Origin: a plasmid
Direction: 5' to 3' (one strand)
Sequence record: NZ_CP081674.1
Length of the DNA stretch: 64,000 bases
In this document: piece after piece, positions 10,292-20,417 of the stretch
Numbering within the stretch: position 1 is the first letter of the stretch
Layout of the letters: every line of letters starts with the position of its first letter
The notes under the pieces: generated by a model
What the model was told of the DNA's origin: nothing
Database searches by the model: none
Seen by the model: only the letters and a program-made list of their open reading frames with translations
Translations under genes and position numbers: made by a program

Positions 10292-10786
10292 ATGAAGATC
10301 TTCGATAGTGAGCCGCGCAGTGAACGGCTGATTCGCGCGCTGGCCGCTGCCGGCGGCTGCGCGATCTTCGTTGTATTTGTACTGGCAACGATCAAGCTGA
10401 TCGCTTGGCTGCAATCCTCCGCGTCGGCGGTCAGCACGTTGAATGCGGTGATCGCTGGGTTTGCATTGTGCGGATTGGTCGCCGCAGGATTGATCGCTCG
10501 GCACATTTTCGAGCGAGGATCGTCTGGGGCACGCCAGGTCGGTGCGTTACTCACGGATACGGCACCAGGACAAATCTTCGGCGGACTCATCGGTCTTGTC
10601 CTCGCCATCGGCTCGATCTCTACTATGGCCGACGCACAAGGATGGGCGTCATGGTTGGTGTCGGTCTTGTCGACAGTGTTCTGGGCCGCGGTCGGTCTAC
10701 GTGGACTGCGGAGCGGCTGGCGGCAATGGGCTTCCCATCGCGAAGCCTTGCGCAATGGGCCTGCGATCGAACGCATTCCGGAATAG
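10292..10786 (+). CDS. Integral membrane protein, 164 aa.
   Basis: ORF with 4 hydrophobic helices. The RBS gagagggag lies just upstream of the ATG. Confidence 0.5.
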   Translation: MKIFDSEPRSERLIRALAAAGGCAIFVVFVLATIKLIAWLQSSASAVSTLNAVIAGFALCGLVAAGLIARHIFERGSSGARQVGALLTDTAPGQIFGGLIGLVLAIGSISTMADAQGWASWLVSVLSTVFWAAVGLRGLRSGWRQWASHREALRNGPAIERIPE

Positions 10787-10841
10787 CTCCGCCGAACGGC
10801 CCCAGACCGCGTAACCCACGTGGCCGAATACCCCTAAGGAA

Positions 10842-11453
10842 TTAACCGGGCTGTCCATCCTCGTTGCAGTCGAACCGCTCGAAGGCGTCACGCTGGATTT
10901 CGACGTAGTGCCCCGCGATCACCTGAACCAGCAACCGGTCGATCGCGTCGGGTGTATTCGTCGGACCAGTCCTCGAAGGGCTCTCCCACGACCAGTAGTT
11001 CTTACCTCCCCGGCACCACTCGAGATGCGAACTCGGGGTCTCGTAGGGCCGACCGCCGGGCAGCTTCGCCTGCAGGTACTCGAGAACGTCGTCAGCGGTC
11101 AGGGCGTTGGGCCCAGCGTGCGGAACCTGCCACACATCCACCCACGCACCGTTCTCACGGTTCTCCCGGGTTTCGAGGACCGAACCGGCAGGCAACTCGA
11201 TCGGTGCTGGAGCTGCCACTGGCGGCGGTGTCACCGTTACCGTGACCGTTGACGTAGGTGGAGCCGACGGATTGCTACCACACCCACTCAACGCCAACAT
11301 GGCCACTGCTACGGCCGAGAGACGTCTACACCGATGGTCCCGCAACACCATTGGCACACGATAGCCCGAGGAACAACACAAGGTCGCCAGTTCAACGGGG
11401 CCCGGCGCAGAGCGCAGCTGCAGCTGCCTGCAAAGCTCCCAGTCCGGTTTCAC
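10842..11453 (-). CDS. Putative lipoprotein. The real start is probably the internal Met before the LALSGC lipobox.
   Basis: Signal-peptide-like AVAVAMLALSGC followed by a Thr/Val/Pro linker and a soluble domain. Confidence 0.5.
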   Translation of the reverse strand: MKPDWELCRQLQLRSAPGPVELATLCCSSGYRVPMVLRDHRCRRLSAVAVAMLALSGCGSNPSAPPTSTVTVTVTPPPVAAPAPIELPAGSVLETRENRENGAWVDVWQVPHAGPNALTADDVLEYLQAKLPGGRPYETPSSHLEWCRGGKNYWSWESPSRTGPTNTPDAIDRLLVQVIAGHYVEIQRDAFERFDCNEDGQPG

Positions 11454-11929
11454 CCGGCCGCGGTGTCGCTCGATTCTTTCCCATCACTGACCACGAAGCA
11501 CAGGTCAGGATCGGTGAACATGCCTCGGGGGATGTCGTCGTTCTTGGCCGCCCGCAGCTCTGGGATGCCATCAGGTGGCCCCCATGTCCCAGCTGCGGCG
11601 CTAGCACCTTCCCGCTCCACAACGCCTTCCCGTTCGGCCCAGGTCTGTCTGTCGATGTCGACGAGAATCCGCAGCCACGCAGCGTTGCGCTCCTCGACGC
11701 TGTCGAAGCACCGCGTGCCTACTCGTACCTGCGTCTCATCGAGGCTCTGATACACGAGCTCATCAAGGCTCTTGGTGTCAGTGAGCGGCTGGGTTTGGAG
11801 CAGCTCGATCGACCAGGCCAGCCATGCACCCGCCCCGAGGGCCAGCGCCAATCCAGCCGCCCATACCCAGTTAAACTTCCAGCGCCGTTCGCTGGCGTCG
11901 GACTGGTCGGTTTCGTCCGCGACCACCAT
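11450..11929 (-). CDS. Membrane-anchored hypothetical protein. The start is assigned to an internal ATG.
   Basis: TM helix WVWAAGLALALGAGAWLAWSI. The ATG at 11929-11927 is in frame. Its stop overlaps the start of the lipoprotein gene. Confidence 0.4.
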   Translation of the reverse strand: MVVADETDQSDASERRWKFNWVWAAGLALALGAGAWLAWSIELLQTQPLTDTKSLDELVYQSLDETQVRVGTRCFDSVEERNAAWLRILVDIDRQTWAEREGVVEREGASAAAGTWGPPDGIPELRAAKNDDIPRGMFTDPDLCFVVSDGKESSDTAAG

Positions 11930-12100
11930 GTGTTGTACCCCCGTACATTTGACTCTATGGACGCCACGGCACATCGGTGTGCAGGGCCTAGCTGGAAGCT
12001 AGCCCCCCATAGATCTGCCTGCGCTGTCAAGGCGGCACGCCGCATCTCGGCGCGGCCATGCCCAACTGCGGTGTTGTATGCCCGCCGCGGCTAACCCTGC

Positions 12101-12772
12101 CTACTGCGAAACCGACTTCAATGCCAGGTCCAACGCCACCAAGGCCAGCGCACCGCCCGCAGAGAACAGGAACACCAGCGCCCATCCGACCGCTTGGTAT
12201 TTGCGTCGCGCGACGCATGCGTTCGCCCAAACTTGCTGGCCCAGTTGGCTCAAGAGATCATCGGGCGACAACACAAGTGTCCGCAGTTCCTTCACGTACT
12301 CGGTCGACGACTGCGGATGACGACGGGCGATGTGGTCGAAGTACAACGAACTCGTTGGAGTCTCGTTGCTCGCCAGCCGCGGCCAGAGCGCCACGATCGC
12401 TCCCGCCGCAGCGAGCACAATCAGCAACCCGCACAGCGGAGCCGCTAACCTCAATAAGCAGTCGAACTCGGTCTGTTCTTTGACAAGGTTGTACAGGACT
12501 CCGCCCATCACACCGGCCGCGGCCAACGTCGCCGCGGACTTCGTCTCAGCGTGCTTGACCCAGTCATTGACCAAACTCACCGCCTTCCATGCCTCTGCCG
12601 CATCGACAGCAGGATCGGCCGGAGGATCGACTTCTTCGCCGTCACCGGAATTCGACATGGCGATGAGAATAGCGACCCCCAAAACATGCTGAATGACAAA
12701 ACCGAGGATCCTGATGTGTTCCGTTTGCTGGAAGATCCCTCGCAGCCCGACGCCAGGCCATACCCTTTCCAT
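12101..12772 (-). CDS. 3-TM membrane protein, about 223 aa, function unknown.
   Basis: Three hydrophobic helices separated by soluble segments. It is transcribed divergently from the IF2-N protein gene. Confidence 0.45.
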   Translation of the reverse strand: MERVWPGVGLRGIFQQTEHIRILGFVIQHVLGVAILIAMSNSGDGEEVDPPADPAVDAAEAWKAVSLVNDWVKHAETKSAATLAAAGVMGGVLYNLVKEQTEFDCLLRLAAPLCGLLIVLAAAGAIVALWPRLASNETPTSSLYFDHIARRHPQSSTEYVKELRTLVLSPDDLLSQLGQQVWANACVARRKYQAVGWALVFLFSAGGALALVALDLALKSVSQ

Positions 12773-12864
12773 CTGTAGCGCAACCAACGCTGGATTCGGG
12801 GTCGACGATTCGGCACAGTTGCGGTCTCATGTTGTTGGAGGATCAGTGGTTGCTGGTGGGCCTC

Positions 12865-14679
12865 ATGGGCGGTAAGGCGCGGGTGCACGAGCTTGCGAAA
12901 GAGCTCGGCGTCACCAGCAAGGAACTCCTGGCGAAACTCAGAGAGCAGGGCGAATTCGTCAAGTCCGCCTCATCGACTGTCGAAAGGGCATCCGCCGACC
13001 GGTTGCGGGCGCACTTCGGGAACAGACAGCCCAGCGGCCATCAACACCGTCAGAGTGACGATCAGCAGTCGCCAGGTTCAGGCCGGCGTGGTCAGCGAAC
13101 CGTCCTCATAACGCCGCCCCACAAAATCAACCCACCTGCGCCGCCACCCCAGTTCACAGAATCCCAACTGGCCGACCTGCGCAGGGACTATCGCCAAGCC
13201 TATGCCGCCAAGGATTTCGGCCCCGCGATAACTGGGGTCTTGACGCAATACCAACAGCTGTACCGAGTTTCCCGCTCCGCACTGCGCGACGCCATGACAG
13301 AGGACAAACGTCGCAACGTGGCCGTCTACACGGCGCTGCGACTCTCACGCAACCCCGAAAAACCCGCACGCTCGCGCAGAACGGTTCCGCAGTCGGTCCC
13401 AGCCAAACGCCGCGACGAAACCCCTCGTGCACACCCACCGCAGCCACAGGCGCCTACCCGAGACCCTCGCCCCCGTACCCGCAGCGCTGGGCTGCCACCG
13501 GCCCGAGCAGATATCCACAAGGTCGCCATCGCCGACATCGTCGTGAAAGCAGACACCGCACGCGACATCGAAAAGATCGCCATCGATCTCGTACCGTTCG
13601 ATCCAGACGACTCGGCCGACTACGGATTTCTCGCGTGGCGATACGCCACAACCCACCAACACCCGGCCCAGCCACCGGCCAGATCCGCCGGCGATGAGCT
13701 CGCCAGCGTTGCGCGTGTCGTTGACAATGCCAAGCATCGACTCCACCAGCTCCACGAAAGCGCCGGCCGCATTCTCGAACACCCCAACCTCGTCCCACGC
13801 GCCATTGAAGGCGGCTTCACTGACCTATTCGACCCCGACGACATCGGCCGAACAGCATCCGATGACCGTCGTCGGGTCATGGCCAAACACGCCTTCCTTC
13901 AACGCGCCGTACTCCTGGTCATTGCCAATCCCCAATGCGCAGAACGGTTGTGGGGCATGCTTGATGCGCTGCAACCACCACCGCAACACCAACTGTTCGA
14001 AACCACCCCGCTACTGCGGTCGGCGATAGAAGCACTCACTCGTGAGCTGTCGGCAGTCGAAGCCCTACTGTTGTCCGACGAGACCGCTCTTGAACACTTC
14101 GTCCACCGATCGCACGCAGAACTGACCGACCTCCATAACGGCCGATTCGACTACTTCCAACAATTCCGGGATGCCGGCGCAACCTCGGCAACCACGCGCC
14201 GCGTCATCTCCGGACTCCCCTTTACCGTCCTGCCCCAGGGCGTTCATCTGCGCACGTTTCTCACCGACCTACGCACCACCAAGCGGTACCACGGGCACCA
14301 CCTGGACGAGAACCGCCTTACCGTTCTAGAGGAACTCCAAGAACACTTCGGCGCTCACCGGTGCATCTGGCATAAGGGCTCTGTGACGTCTAACGGCGTC
14401 GACAACCGGTACCTTGTCTTGTCGATCGCTTCGGCGACCGGACCCGACGAAAGTGCCGTCGCCATCAGTCCCTTGGCCGGTGAACACGCCACCTACGTTG
14501 TGCGCCACGGATGCGCAGACGCACACTGGGCGCGGATCTTCGAGTTAACCAAGGAAGAGGCGCGCCAGCACGGCGCGCGGCGGCTGTACTTCCGCGGTGA
14601 CGCCGACCAGTACACCGACATGCGGGACAAGATCATCTCGATCCTTGAAGGCGATCCTCGCGACTTCTACAAGCATTGA
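12865..14679 (+). CDS. Protein with an IF-2 N-terminal-domain-like start, about 604 aa. The rest has unknown function.
   Basis: The N-terminus [40 protein letters not shown] closely resembles the N-terminal domain of mycobacterial InfB, recalled from memory. Its stop overlaps the TTG of the next ORF. Confidence 0.5.
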   Translation: MGGKARVHELAKELGVTSKELLAKLREQGEFVKSASSTVERASADRLRAHFGNRQPSGHQHRQSDDQQSPGSGRRGQRTVLITPPHKINPPAPPPQFTESQLADLRRDYRQAYAAKDFGPAITGVLTQYQQLYRVSRSALRDAMTEDKRRNVAVYTALRLSRNPEKPARSRRTVPQSVPAKRRDETPRAHPPQPQAPTRDPRPRTRSAGLPPARADIHKVAIADIVVKADTARDIEKIAIDLVPFDPDDSADYGFLAWRYATTHQHPAQPPARSAGDELASVARVVDNAKHRLHQLHESAGRILEHPNLVPRAIEGGFTDLFDPDDIGRTASDDRRRVMAKHAFLQRAVLLVIANPQCAERLWGMLDALQPPPQHQLFETTPLLRSAIEALTRELSAVEALLLSDETALEHFVHRSHAELTDLHNGRFDYFQQFRDAGATSATTRRVISGLPFTVLPQGVHLRTFLTDLRTTKRYHGHHLDENRLTVLEELQEHFGAHRCIWHKGSVTSNGVDNRYLVLSIASATGPDESAVAISPLAGEHATYVVRHGCADAHWARIFELTKEEARQHGARRLYFRGDADQYTDMRDKIISILEGDPRDFYKH

Positions 14680-14768
14680 CCGTGGACCGTGGAGGCTGTT
14701 CGCCAGTCAGGTTCCCGGTATTTTGTCCGCGTAGCCGAGCAATCGTTTTGGCAGATGGGTGGGGCGCG

Positions 14769-15497
14769 ATGGATGGCAACTACAAGAGCTACGACTGGGT
14801 TGCCAGCAGTGCCCGGATCAAGGAGATTCTCGATCAGCCGGCCGGGCAATTTATTGAAACCAACGACTTGCCTAGCCGTGACAAACTCACATACACGAAC
14901 GGGTTCTACGGGCGATGCTCAGCTGTCTTCATCGATATTCGAAACTCATCAGGACTCACACAGAAGTACAAACGCCCTACTTTGGCCAAAATCTATCGCT
15001 CCTTCATTTCCGAAATGGTTGCGGTACTGAACGGCCATGAGAAAGTCAGAGAAGTCAACATCGTTGGTGATTGCGTGTGGGCCGTGTACAACACACCATT
15101 GAGATCCGATATCGACGGAGCCTTCGCCACGGCATTCAAGGCGAATACTTTGGTCAAGTTGCTCAACAAACAGTTCGCCAAGAAGAGCCTTGACCCGATC
15201 CAGGTCGGTATTGGCGTGGACTATGGCCGTGTCCTGATGATCAAGGCCGGCTACAGTGGGAGCGCCATCAATGATGTGATCTACATGGGAGATGTCGTCA
15301 ACCGAGCTGCGCATTTGGCGCATAAGGCTGGACGTAATTACCTAGACCCAATATGGGTCGGCCCGGACTGCTACGAAAATCTCAACGACCACAACAGCGG
15401 ACTCGTTGCGCAACAATGGGATTTCGAACTCGGCACCGTTTACACCGGCAACGTCGTGCTAACCGAAATGAACACCTGGATAGACGAGAACTTCTAG
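14769..15497 (+). CDS. Standalone class III nucleotidyl (adenylyl/guanylyl/pyrimidine) cyclase homology domain protein, about 243 aa.
   Basis: Cyclase motifs are present. These are FIDIRNSSGLT (metal-binding Asp), VGDCVWAVY (second Asp), GIGVDYGRVLMIKAGYSG and YMGDVVNRAAHLAHKAG (Asn/Arg transition-state residues). The ATG at 14769 follows a purine-rich RBS. GC is about 50%, against about 66% in the flanks. Confidence 0.65.
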   Translation: MDGNYKSYDWVASSARIKEILDQPAGQFIETNDLPSRDKLTYTNGFYGRCSAVFIDIRNSSGLTQKYKRPTLAKIYRSFISEMVAVLNGHEKVREVNIVGDCVWAVYNTPLRSDIDGAFATAFKANTLVKLLNKQFAKKSLDPIQVGIGVDYGRVLMIKAGYSGSAINDVIYMGDVVNRAAHLAHKAGRNYLDPIWVGPDCYENLNDHNSGLVAQQWDFELGTVYTGNVVLTEMNTWIDENF

Positions 15498-15562
15498 GCA
15501 CTACCAACAGTGTGAGTGTTTATATCGGCTCAATCCACCGCCCCTGAACGCTGCTCACAGCT

Positions 15563-17209
15563 TCAGTTCAGGTATGCCTGTTCGGCGGGGAATGTGACGG
15601 TCTCCAGATCCACGCCGAACCGCTTGGTGCTCAGATGCAGCATCCGGCCGCGCTGGTCGATCCGGATATCAGGGTCGTAACCGTTGCGCACGCCCACGGC
15701 AACCGAGATCGGCGCACCGGGGTAGGGATTGGTCCGGCCGTGATGGACCACCATGGTCGGCGGGCGGGTCGGCTGCGCCGATGGATTACCCGTGGTCCAG
15801 ATGCGAGAGGAGCCGGCCGACATGGTCCAGCGACCCTGATGGTCGTAGACGGCCACCAACTCTCCTGACGCAGTGGCTCGACGAATCAGCTGGCGCACAA
15901 CAAGGTCCGAGGCATTGACCGCGATCCTTGTCGGCTGCGCCGGGTCGGAAAGCGGCATCAGAACCATGCCGTCGCGTACACCTCCGACGAGAACGCCCGA
16001 GGGGCCTACGCCCACAACCTCGTCGAGCTCGGTCCCCAGGTCCGCTGTAGGAAGGTCTGTCAGGCGATCAGCGCCTGGCATGGTGCGGATCAGAGATTCC
16101 CACTGCCGGCCGGAGAACCGGCGCAGCGTCGCTGCTGGTGTCGTGCGCATCGGACGGGCCGTGGTGTAGCGAACTGTGGCCCCGACCCGGACGCCGCCCG
16201 GGCGGCGACGCAACGCCACGACAAGGCAGGTGTGGTCGGCGTCGATCGCCCAGACATCCTCCAGTGCCTCAGCAGTCAGGTGTTCGGCCGGGAGGTAGAA
16301 CCCCGTGGTAAACCCGTGTCCGGGTTGGTGCAACGCTGTCCATCGGTCGGCATAGGACGCAGCCAAGACCTCAGGGCCGCCGACGCTTGCCGCAGTGCTC
16401 TCGCGCATCTGCGCAGCGGTCAGAATCTCAGCGCGGCAGTTGGCCTGGCGTAGCGCTTTGACGATGCGCTGGGTAGCCGCGATCGCAGCGGTGACGGTGT
16501 TAGGCCGCCACAGAAGTCCTGTGGTGGTGTCGGCGGCATGGGTATCGAGCCGGATCACCATCGTTGCGGTGCGCTGACCCACGGCAGCGCGGCGGCGCAG
16601 GAAGGCTGCAAAGGCCTCCGAATAGCTGTCGTTGGCGGTGCGTCGGCCTTCGCTCACGATGTCTACGTCCACACCGAGTCCGGCCCGGTTCATCTCTGCG
16701 GCAACCACGCTGAGCGGCACCGTGTTTGGTGTCTGGGCGGAGTCGGGCTTCAGTAGTGTGGGCATGTAGGGCTTGCCCCACAATGCCACCATCGTGACCA
16801 CGGTGTGTCCGTCGATCAGCACCCCAGTGCGGTCGCCTTCGACATGCACATCGGTGAAGCCGTCCGTACGGACGTCGACCCGGCGATCCTCGCCGGGTAC
16901 GCCTGACCGCTGCTGCTGGGCACCCGACGATTCAGCCGAAGCCGGGCTTGCAGGCTTCGCCGGCTCGGATTTCGGCGTGGGGACAATCCGATGGGTCCGC
17001 CGCCGCATCCACCGCCCGAGCCGCAGCGCCCACTGCCACGCGGTCAGATCGCGGACCTCGACCAAGCACACCAGTACAGCCAACAAGACGGCCACACCGA
17101 AGGCGACAGCCAGGCTGACCCTGCACACAATCAACAGCAAGGCGATGACTGCAGCGGTTGATTCAGCGGCTACCACGGACCGCTTCGTCACCCGAAGATT
17201 CACAACCAT
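15563..17209 (-). CDS. eccE: ESX secretion system protein EccE. The start is assigned to the internal ATG, MVVNLRV.
   Basis: Two N-terminal TM helices and size fit EccE. A GGGAGG RBS precedes the ATG at 17209. It is the last gene of the ESX operon after mycP. Confidence 0.65.
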   Translation of the reverse strand: MVVNLRVTKRSVVAAESTAAVIALLLIVCRVSLAVAFGVAVLLAVLVCLVEVRDLTAWQWALRLGRWMRRRTHRIVPTPKSEPAKPASPASAESSGAQQQRSGVPGEDRRVDVRTDGFTDVHVEGDRTGVLIDGHTVVTMVALWGKPYMPTLLKPDSAQTPNTVPLSVVAAEMNRAGLGVDVDIVSEGRRTANDSYSEAFAAFLRRRAAVGQRTATMVIRLDTHAADTTTGLLWRPNTVTAAIAATQRIVKALRQANCRAEILTAAQMRESTAASVGGPEVLAASYADRWTALHQPGHGFTTGFYLPAEHLTAEALEDVWAIDADHTCLVVALRRRPGGVRVGATVRYTTARPMRTTPAATLRRFSGRQWESLIRTMPGADRLTDLPTADLGTELDEVVGVGPSGVLVGGVRDGMVLMPLSDPAQPTRIAVNASDLVVRQLIRRATASGELVAVYDHQGRWTMSAGSSRIWTTGNPSAQPTRPPTMVVHHGRTNPYPGAPISVAVGVRNGYDPDIRIDQRGRMLHLSTKRFGVDLETVTFPAEQAYLN

Positions 17210-18879
17210 CGGTCCTCCCAAGCCTGAGCGCCAGATCGCCGACGCATTACTGTCGCCACCCAAATAACCACGCCCACAAGAACGCTCACCGCTCCGATCA
17301 CCGCTCCCGCACCCCATCGCGGGCGCGGATCAGGCTCAGGCGGCGGCGCGGGAATATGAAGCGGCGCCGATACGCCAGGTGCCAGCCAATCCCCCGGTGG
17401 CACATCCCAAGTGAGTGCGGCCACCGGATCGACCACGCCATAACCGACCACGTTGTCACGCCCAGCAGGTGGCGGGGTCGCAGTCGCCTGCAGGCGGCGA
17501 ATCACTTGATGTGCAGACAACTCTGGGAATTTCGCACGCACTAGGGCCGCGGTCCCTGCGACGAATGCCGAGGCGAACGAACTACCGACAATCGGCTTGA
17601 GTGTGTCGTTGTCGATGGAGGCATTGATGATGCGCCCATCGGTGGACAAGCCGATGATGTCGGTTCCCGGGGCAGCCAAGCCCACCCACGGTCCGTGCAG
17701 TGATGCCTGCTGATCCATCAGCGGTGTGCCGGCGCTGTCGGTCGCCGACACGGCCAGGACGTACTTGTCGAACCACGCCGGGGAGGCCACCGTACGAACC
17801 GATTTCCAGCCCAGCGGGTCCACACGGTCGCCAGGGATCGGATCGGGGTTCTGCACGTTGCAGCCTTGAGAGCCCGCGTTACCTGCCGCGGTCACGATCA
17901 CGACGTCGCGGTCCACCGCGGCGTAACGCAGCGCCGCACCGAGCTGGGATTGATCGCCAAGCTTTGCCACTGGAAGACACGACACCACACTGATATTGAT
18001 GACTTTGGCCCCGAGGTTGGCCATATGAACGATGGCTCGTGCCAGCGAATTCAAGTCGCCCGCGCGACGAACGTCTTGGGAGTTCTCCCCGTACTGGGGA
18101 TCGGCGAATCCAAAGGTCTGCGCTGATTGTCGAATGGACACCAGCACTGCATCCGGCGCGATCCCGATCAAGCCGTCTGGTCCCCCACCGGGCGCCGGCG
18201 CCGCGGGCATTGGGATCCCCGGTGCTGGCCCCCATGCCGGAGCTGCTGGCGGAGACATTCCCTCAGGAGGCGGCGCGCCCTCCGGCGGTGGTGGTGGCGG
18301 CGGAGGTGCCACGGTGGCGGTGGCCGTCACCGTCACCGTGGGCGGAGGCGGCGGAGGTGGGATCGGCGCGGGCGCCGGTGCGGCCGCAGGAAGTGGCGCC
18401 TGCGCAACGCCGATGGGTCGCGCTGGTAGCGGCGCGCCTGACGGCGCGCCACCGATCAAGGACGCAATCACGGTGCCATGGGCATCGCAGTCAGCAAGCC
18501 CATCGCCGTAGCGGCCCATGATGTAGTCGCCCCCGGCGATCAGGTGCGGCAGCCGCGGTTGAGGAGCGACGCCAGTGTCGATGATCCCCACCACGACCCC
18601 GGCTCCCGTGGATTCTTTCCACGCCCTGGGCATGTCGAGCATCTGCAAGGGAGCGGGCAGTTCACGAAAGTCGCTGCCCGGCAACGCTGTTGTTTGCACA
18701 CATCCAGCGATCTGCTTCATCGGCTCATCCGGGGCGGGTTCAGGATCGGCGGGCGGCGGTCCGGACGGCACGACCGGGGGGTCGAGCGCCAACGCCACAC
18801 CACTCGACGAGGCCAGCAGGATCGCCACGGATGCCAGTGCGGCCGCTGATCGGGCAGCGCGGCAGGTAGTCGCCACCAT
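17200..18879 (-). CDS. mycP: Mycosin (subtilisin-like protease MycP), about 559 aa. It carries an unusual Pro-rich insertion of about 85 aa.
   Basis: Signal peptide, catalytic motifs IDTGV (Asp), DAHGT (His) and GSSFASA (Ser), and a C-terminal TM anchor. The ATG at 18879 overlaps the eccD TGA as ATGA. Confidence 0.8.
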   Translation of the reverse strand: MVATTCRAARSAAALASVAILLASSSGVALALDPPVVPSGPPPADPEPAPDEPMKQIAGCVQTTALPGSDFRELPAPLQMLDMPRAWKESTGAGVVVGIIDTGVAPQPRLPHLIAGGDYIMGRYGDGLADCDAHGTVIASLIGGAPSGAPLPARPIGVAQAPLPAAAPAPAPIPPPPPPPTVTVTATATVAPPPPPPPPEGAPPPEGMSPPAAPAWGPAPGIPMPAAPAPGGGPDGLIGIAPDAVLVSIRQSAQTFGFADPQYGENSQDVRRAGDLNSLARAIVHMANLGAKVINISVVSCLPVAKLGDQSQLGAALRYAAVDRDVVIVTAAGNAGSQGCNVQNPDPIPGDRVDPLGWKSVRTVASPAWFDKYVLAVSATDSAGTPLMDQQASLHGPWVGLAAPGTDIIGLSTDGRIINASIDNDTLKPIVGSSFASAFVAGTAALVRAKFPELSAHQVIRRLQATATPPPAGRDNVVGYGVVDPVAALTWDVPPGDWLAPGVSAPLHIPAPPPEPDPRPRWGAGAVIGAVSVLVGVVIWVATVMRRRSGAQAWEDRWL

Positions 18880-20417
18880 CACGCGCCGCCGACAAGGTTG
18901 CGAGCCCAGGGAATCAGGTTGAGTAGCAGCACCGCCATCGGAACGACCACGAAGAGCAGCACGTACTCGCTGAGTTCCACCCATCGCCGTATCGGCGCGC
19001 TGATCTTGGCATGGGCGATCACCAACGCATTGATCAGCCCCGCTACCACGATGGCCAGCGTCGCGCCGACGCAGATCAATGTCATCGCCAGCGATGGCGG
19101 CGTACTGGCGGCGGCGTATCGTCCGATGACCACGGCCATTGCGAGCACCGGCGCCACCGTTAATGTTACCGACTGCCAGCGGTCGACGAACGACCGAGAA
19201 CGGAGCAGCAGGATGGCACAGATCGTCAGGGTAAACAGCAGATGCAGCACCGGACTCTGCGTCCAGCCATCAGCAACCTGCCCGGGGATCACTGCATAAC
19301 GTGCGGCAACCACCGTGACGATGCCGCAACCCACCAATAGACCAGTGATGATGGCGTTGCCCCGCCGGGTCCATGCCGCGATCTGCTCCGGACTTTCAGT
19401 ACCAGCGGGATAAACAGGTGACACGGTGTCGCGAGCCGCTCCGGGACGTGTCTCAAACACCCCGCTACCCGTCAGCGACGGAAACCACGGTCCAGGTGTG
19501 CCCGATCCTGCCACCCCGAGCGACGTCGCGAACGTGACCAGTACCAGTACCGCCAGCAGCGCCAACACCGCGATCCGTTGGGGGGGAAGCTGCCAGCCCG
19601 ACGCCTGCACCACCATCGCAGCCGAGGCAAAGCCCGAGACCGTGATCACGGCCGAAATCACTACAAGGTGTTGGCCTCCGGTGAGAACGGCCAACACGAC
19701 CATCCCGCCGATCGCGGCCACCAGCGCCGCTACCGCGTGCCACGCCCCCGGTGACCCGGGAATTGACACCGCAGCCGCCGTGCAGAACGGGATGATCGCA
19801 ATCCACGCGAAAGCACTCGCCACGGCACGACGTTGCGGCTGGGCGGCCCGCGCCGCCAACCACGCCGCCACGACGAGCCCGGCAGTCAACGCCCAGGACA
19901 CGGCTGCCGGCACCCAGCCCCCGTCAAACCACCACTGCCGCAAAATAATCAGTTCAGCCCACGCGATCAGGCCGGCGCCGAGTCCGCAGGCCACGCGCCG
20001 AGGTGTGTCCTCATCCACGGTGTCGAGCTGGCGGCGAGCCTCACGGGCAATCGCAGTCGAGACAGTTTCCGTGACAGGCTCGTACTTCTCGGTCGCTTCA
20101 ACCGGCAACAACCACAGTGCATCGCCGTCGGCCACGCCGCTCTCGTCGAGCGAGCGCTGCGGGTCTAGCGGGCGAGAGTCCGCCCAGCACAGTTGGTAGG
20201 TCTGGCCTGTGTCGAGCTCGGGCCGCCGCAGACGACGCAGGCGACGGTTGATCCGCGGGATGAGGTCCTCGACGATGGCAATAAGTGGGACTTCTGCGGC
20301 CAGCACATAATCGGTCTCGGTGTCGGCGCCCACGAACAGAACAACTCGGGTCAATCGGGCCGGCCCTTGGAGGGTGGGTCCCGGCTGACCGTCGCGATTC
20401 TGTGTCGGGGTGCTCAT
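18879..20417 (-). CDS. eccD: ESX secretion system membrane protein EccD, 512 aa.
   Basis: N-terminal ubiquitin-like region (RVVLFVGADTETDYVLAAEVPLIAIVEDL) followed by about 11 TM helices. Position in the ESX cluster. Confidence 0.8.
   Translation of the reverse strand: MSTPTQNRDGQPGPTLQGPARLTRVVLFVGADTETDYVLAAEVPLIAIVEDLIPRINRRLRRLRRPELDTGQTYQLCWADSRPLDPQRSLDESGVADGDALWLLPVEATEKYEPVTETVSTAIAREARRQLDTVDEDTPRRVACGLGAGLIAWAELIILRQWWFDGGWVPAAVSWALTAGLVVAAWLAARAAQPQRRAVASAFAWIAIIPFCTAAAVSIPGSPGAWHAVAALVAAIGGMVVLAVLTGGQHLVVISAVITVSGFASAAMVVQASGWQLPPQRIAVLALLAVLVLVTFATSLGVAGSGTPGPWFPSLTGSGVFETRPGAARDTVSPVYPAGTESPEQIAAWTRRGNAIITGLLVGCGIVTVVAARYAVIPGQVADGWTQSPVLHLLFTLTICAILLLRSRSFVDRWQSVTLTVAPVLAMAVVIGRYAAASTPPSLAMTLICVGATLAIVVAGLINALVIAHAKISAPIRRWVELSEYVLLFVVVPMAVLLLNLIPWARNLVGGA

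Noticed and set aside
18032..18511. Plus-strand ORFs encoding Gly/Arg-rich peptides opposite mycP.
   Set aside because: They are the antisense shadow of the Pro-rich mycP insert. There is no RBS or start context, and the composition is extreme.
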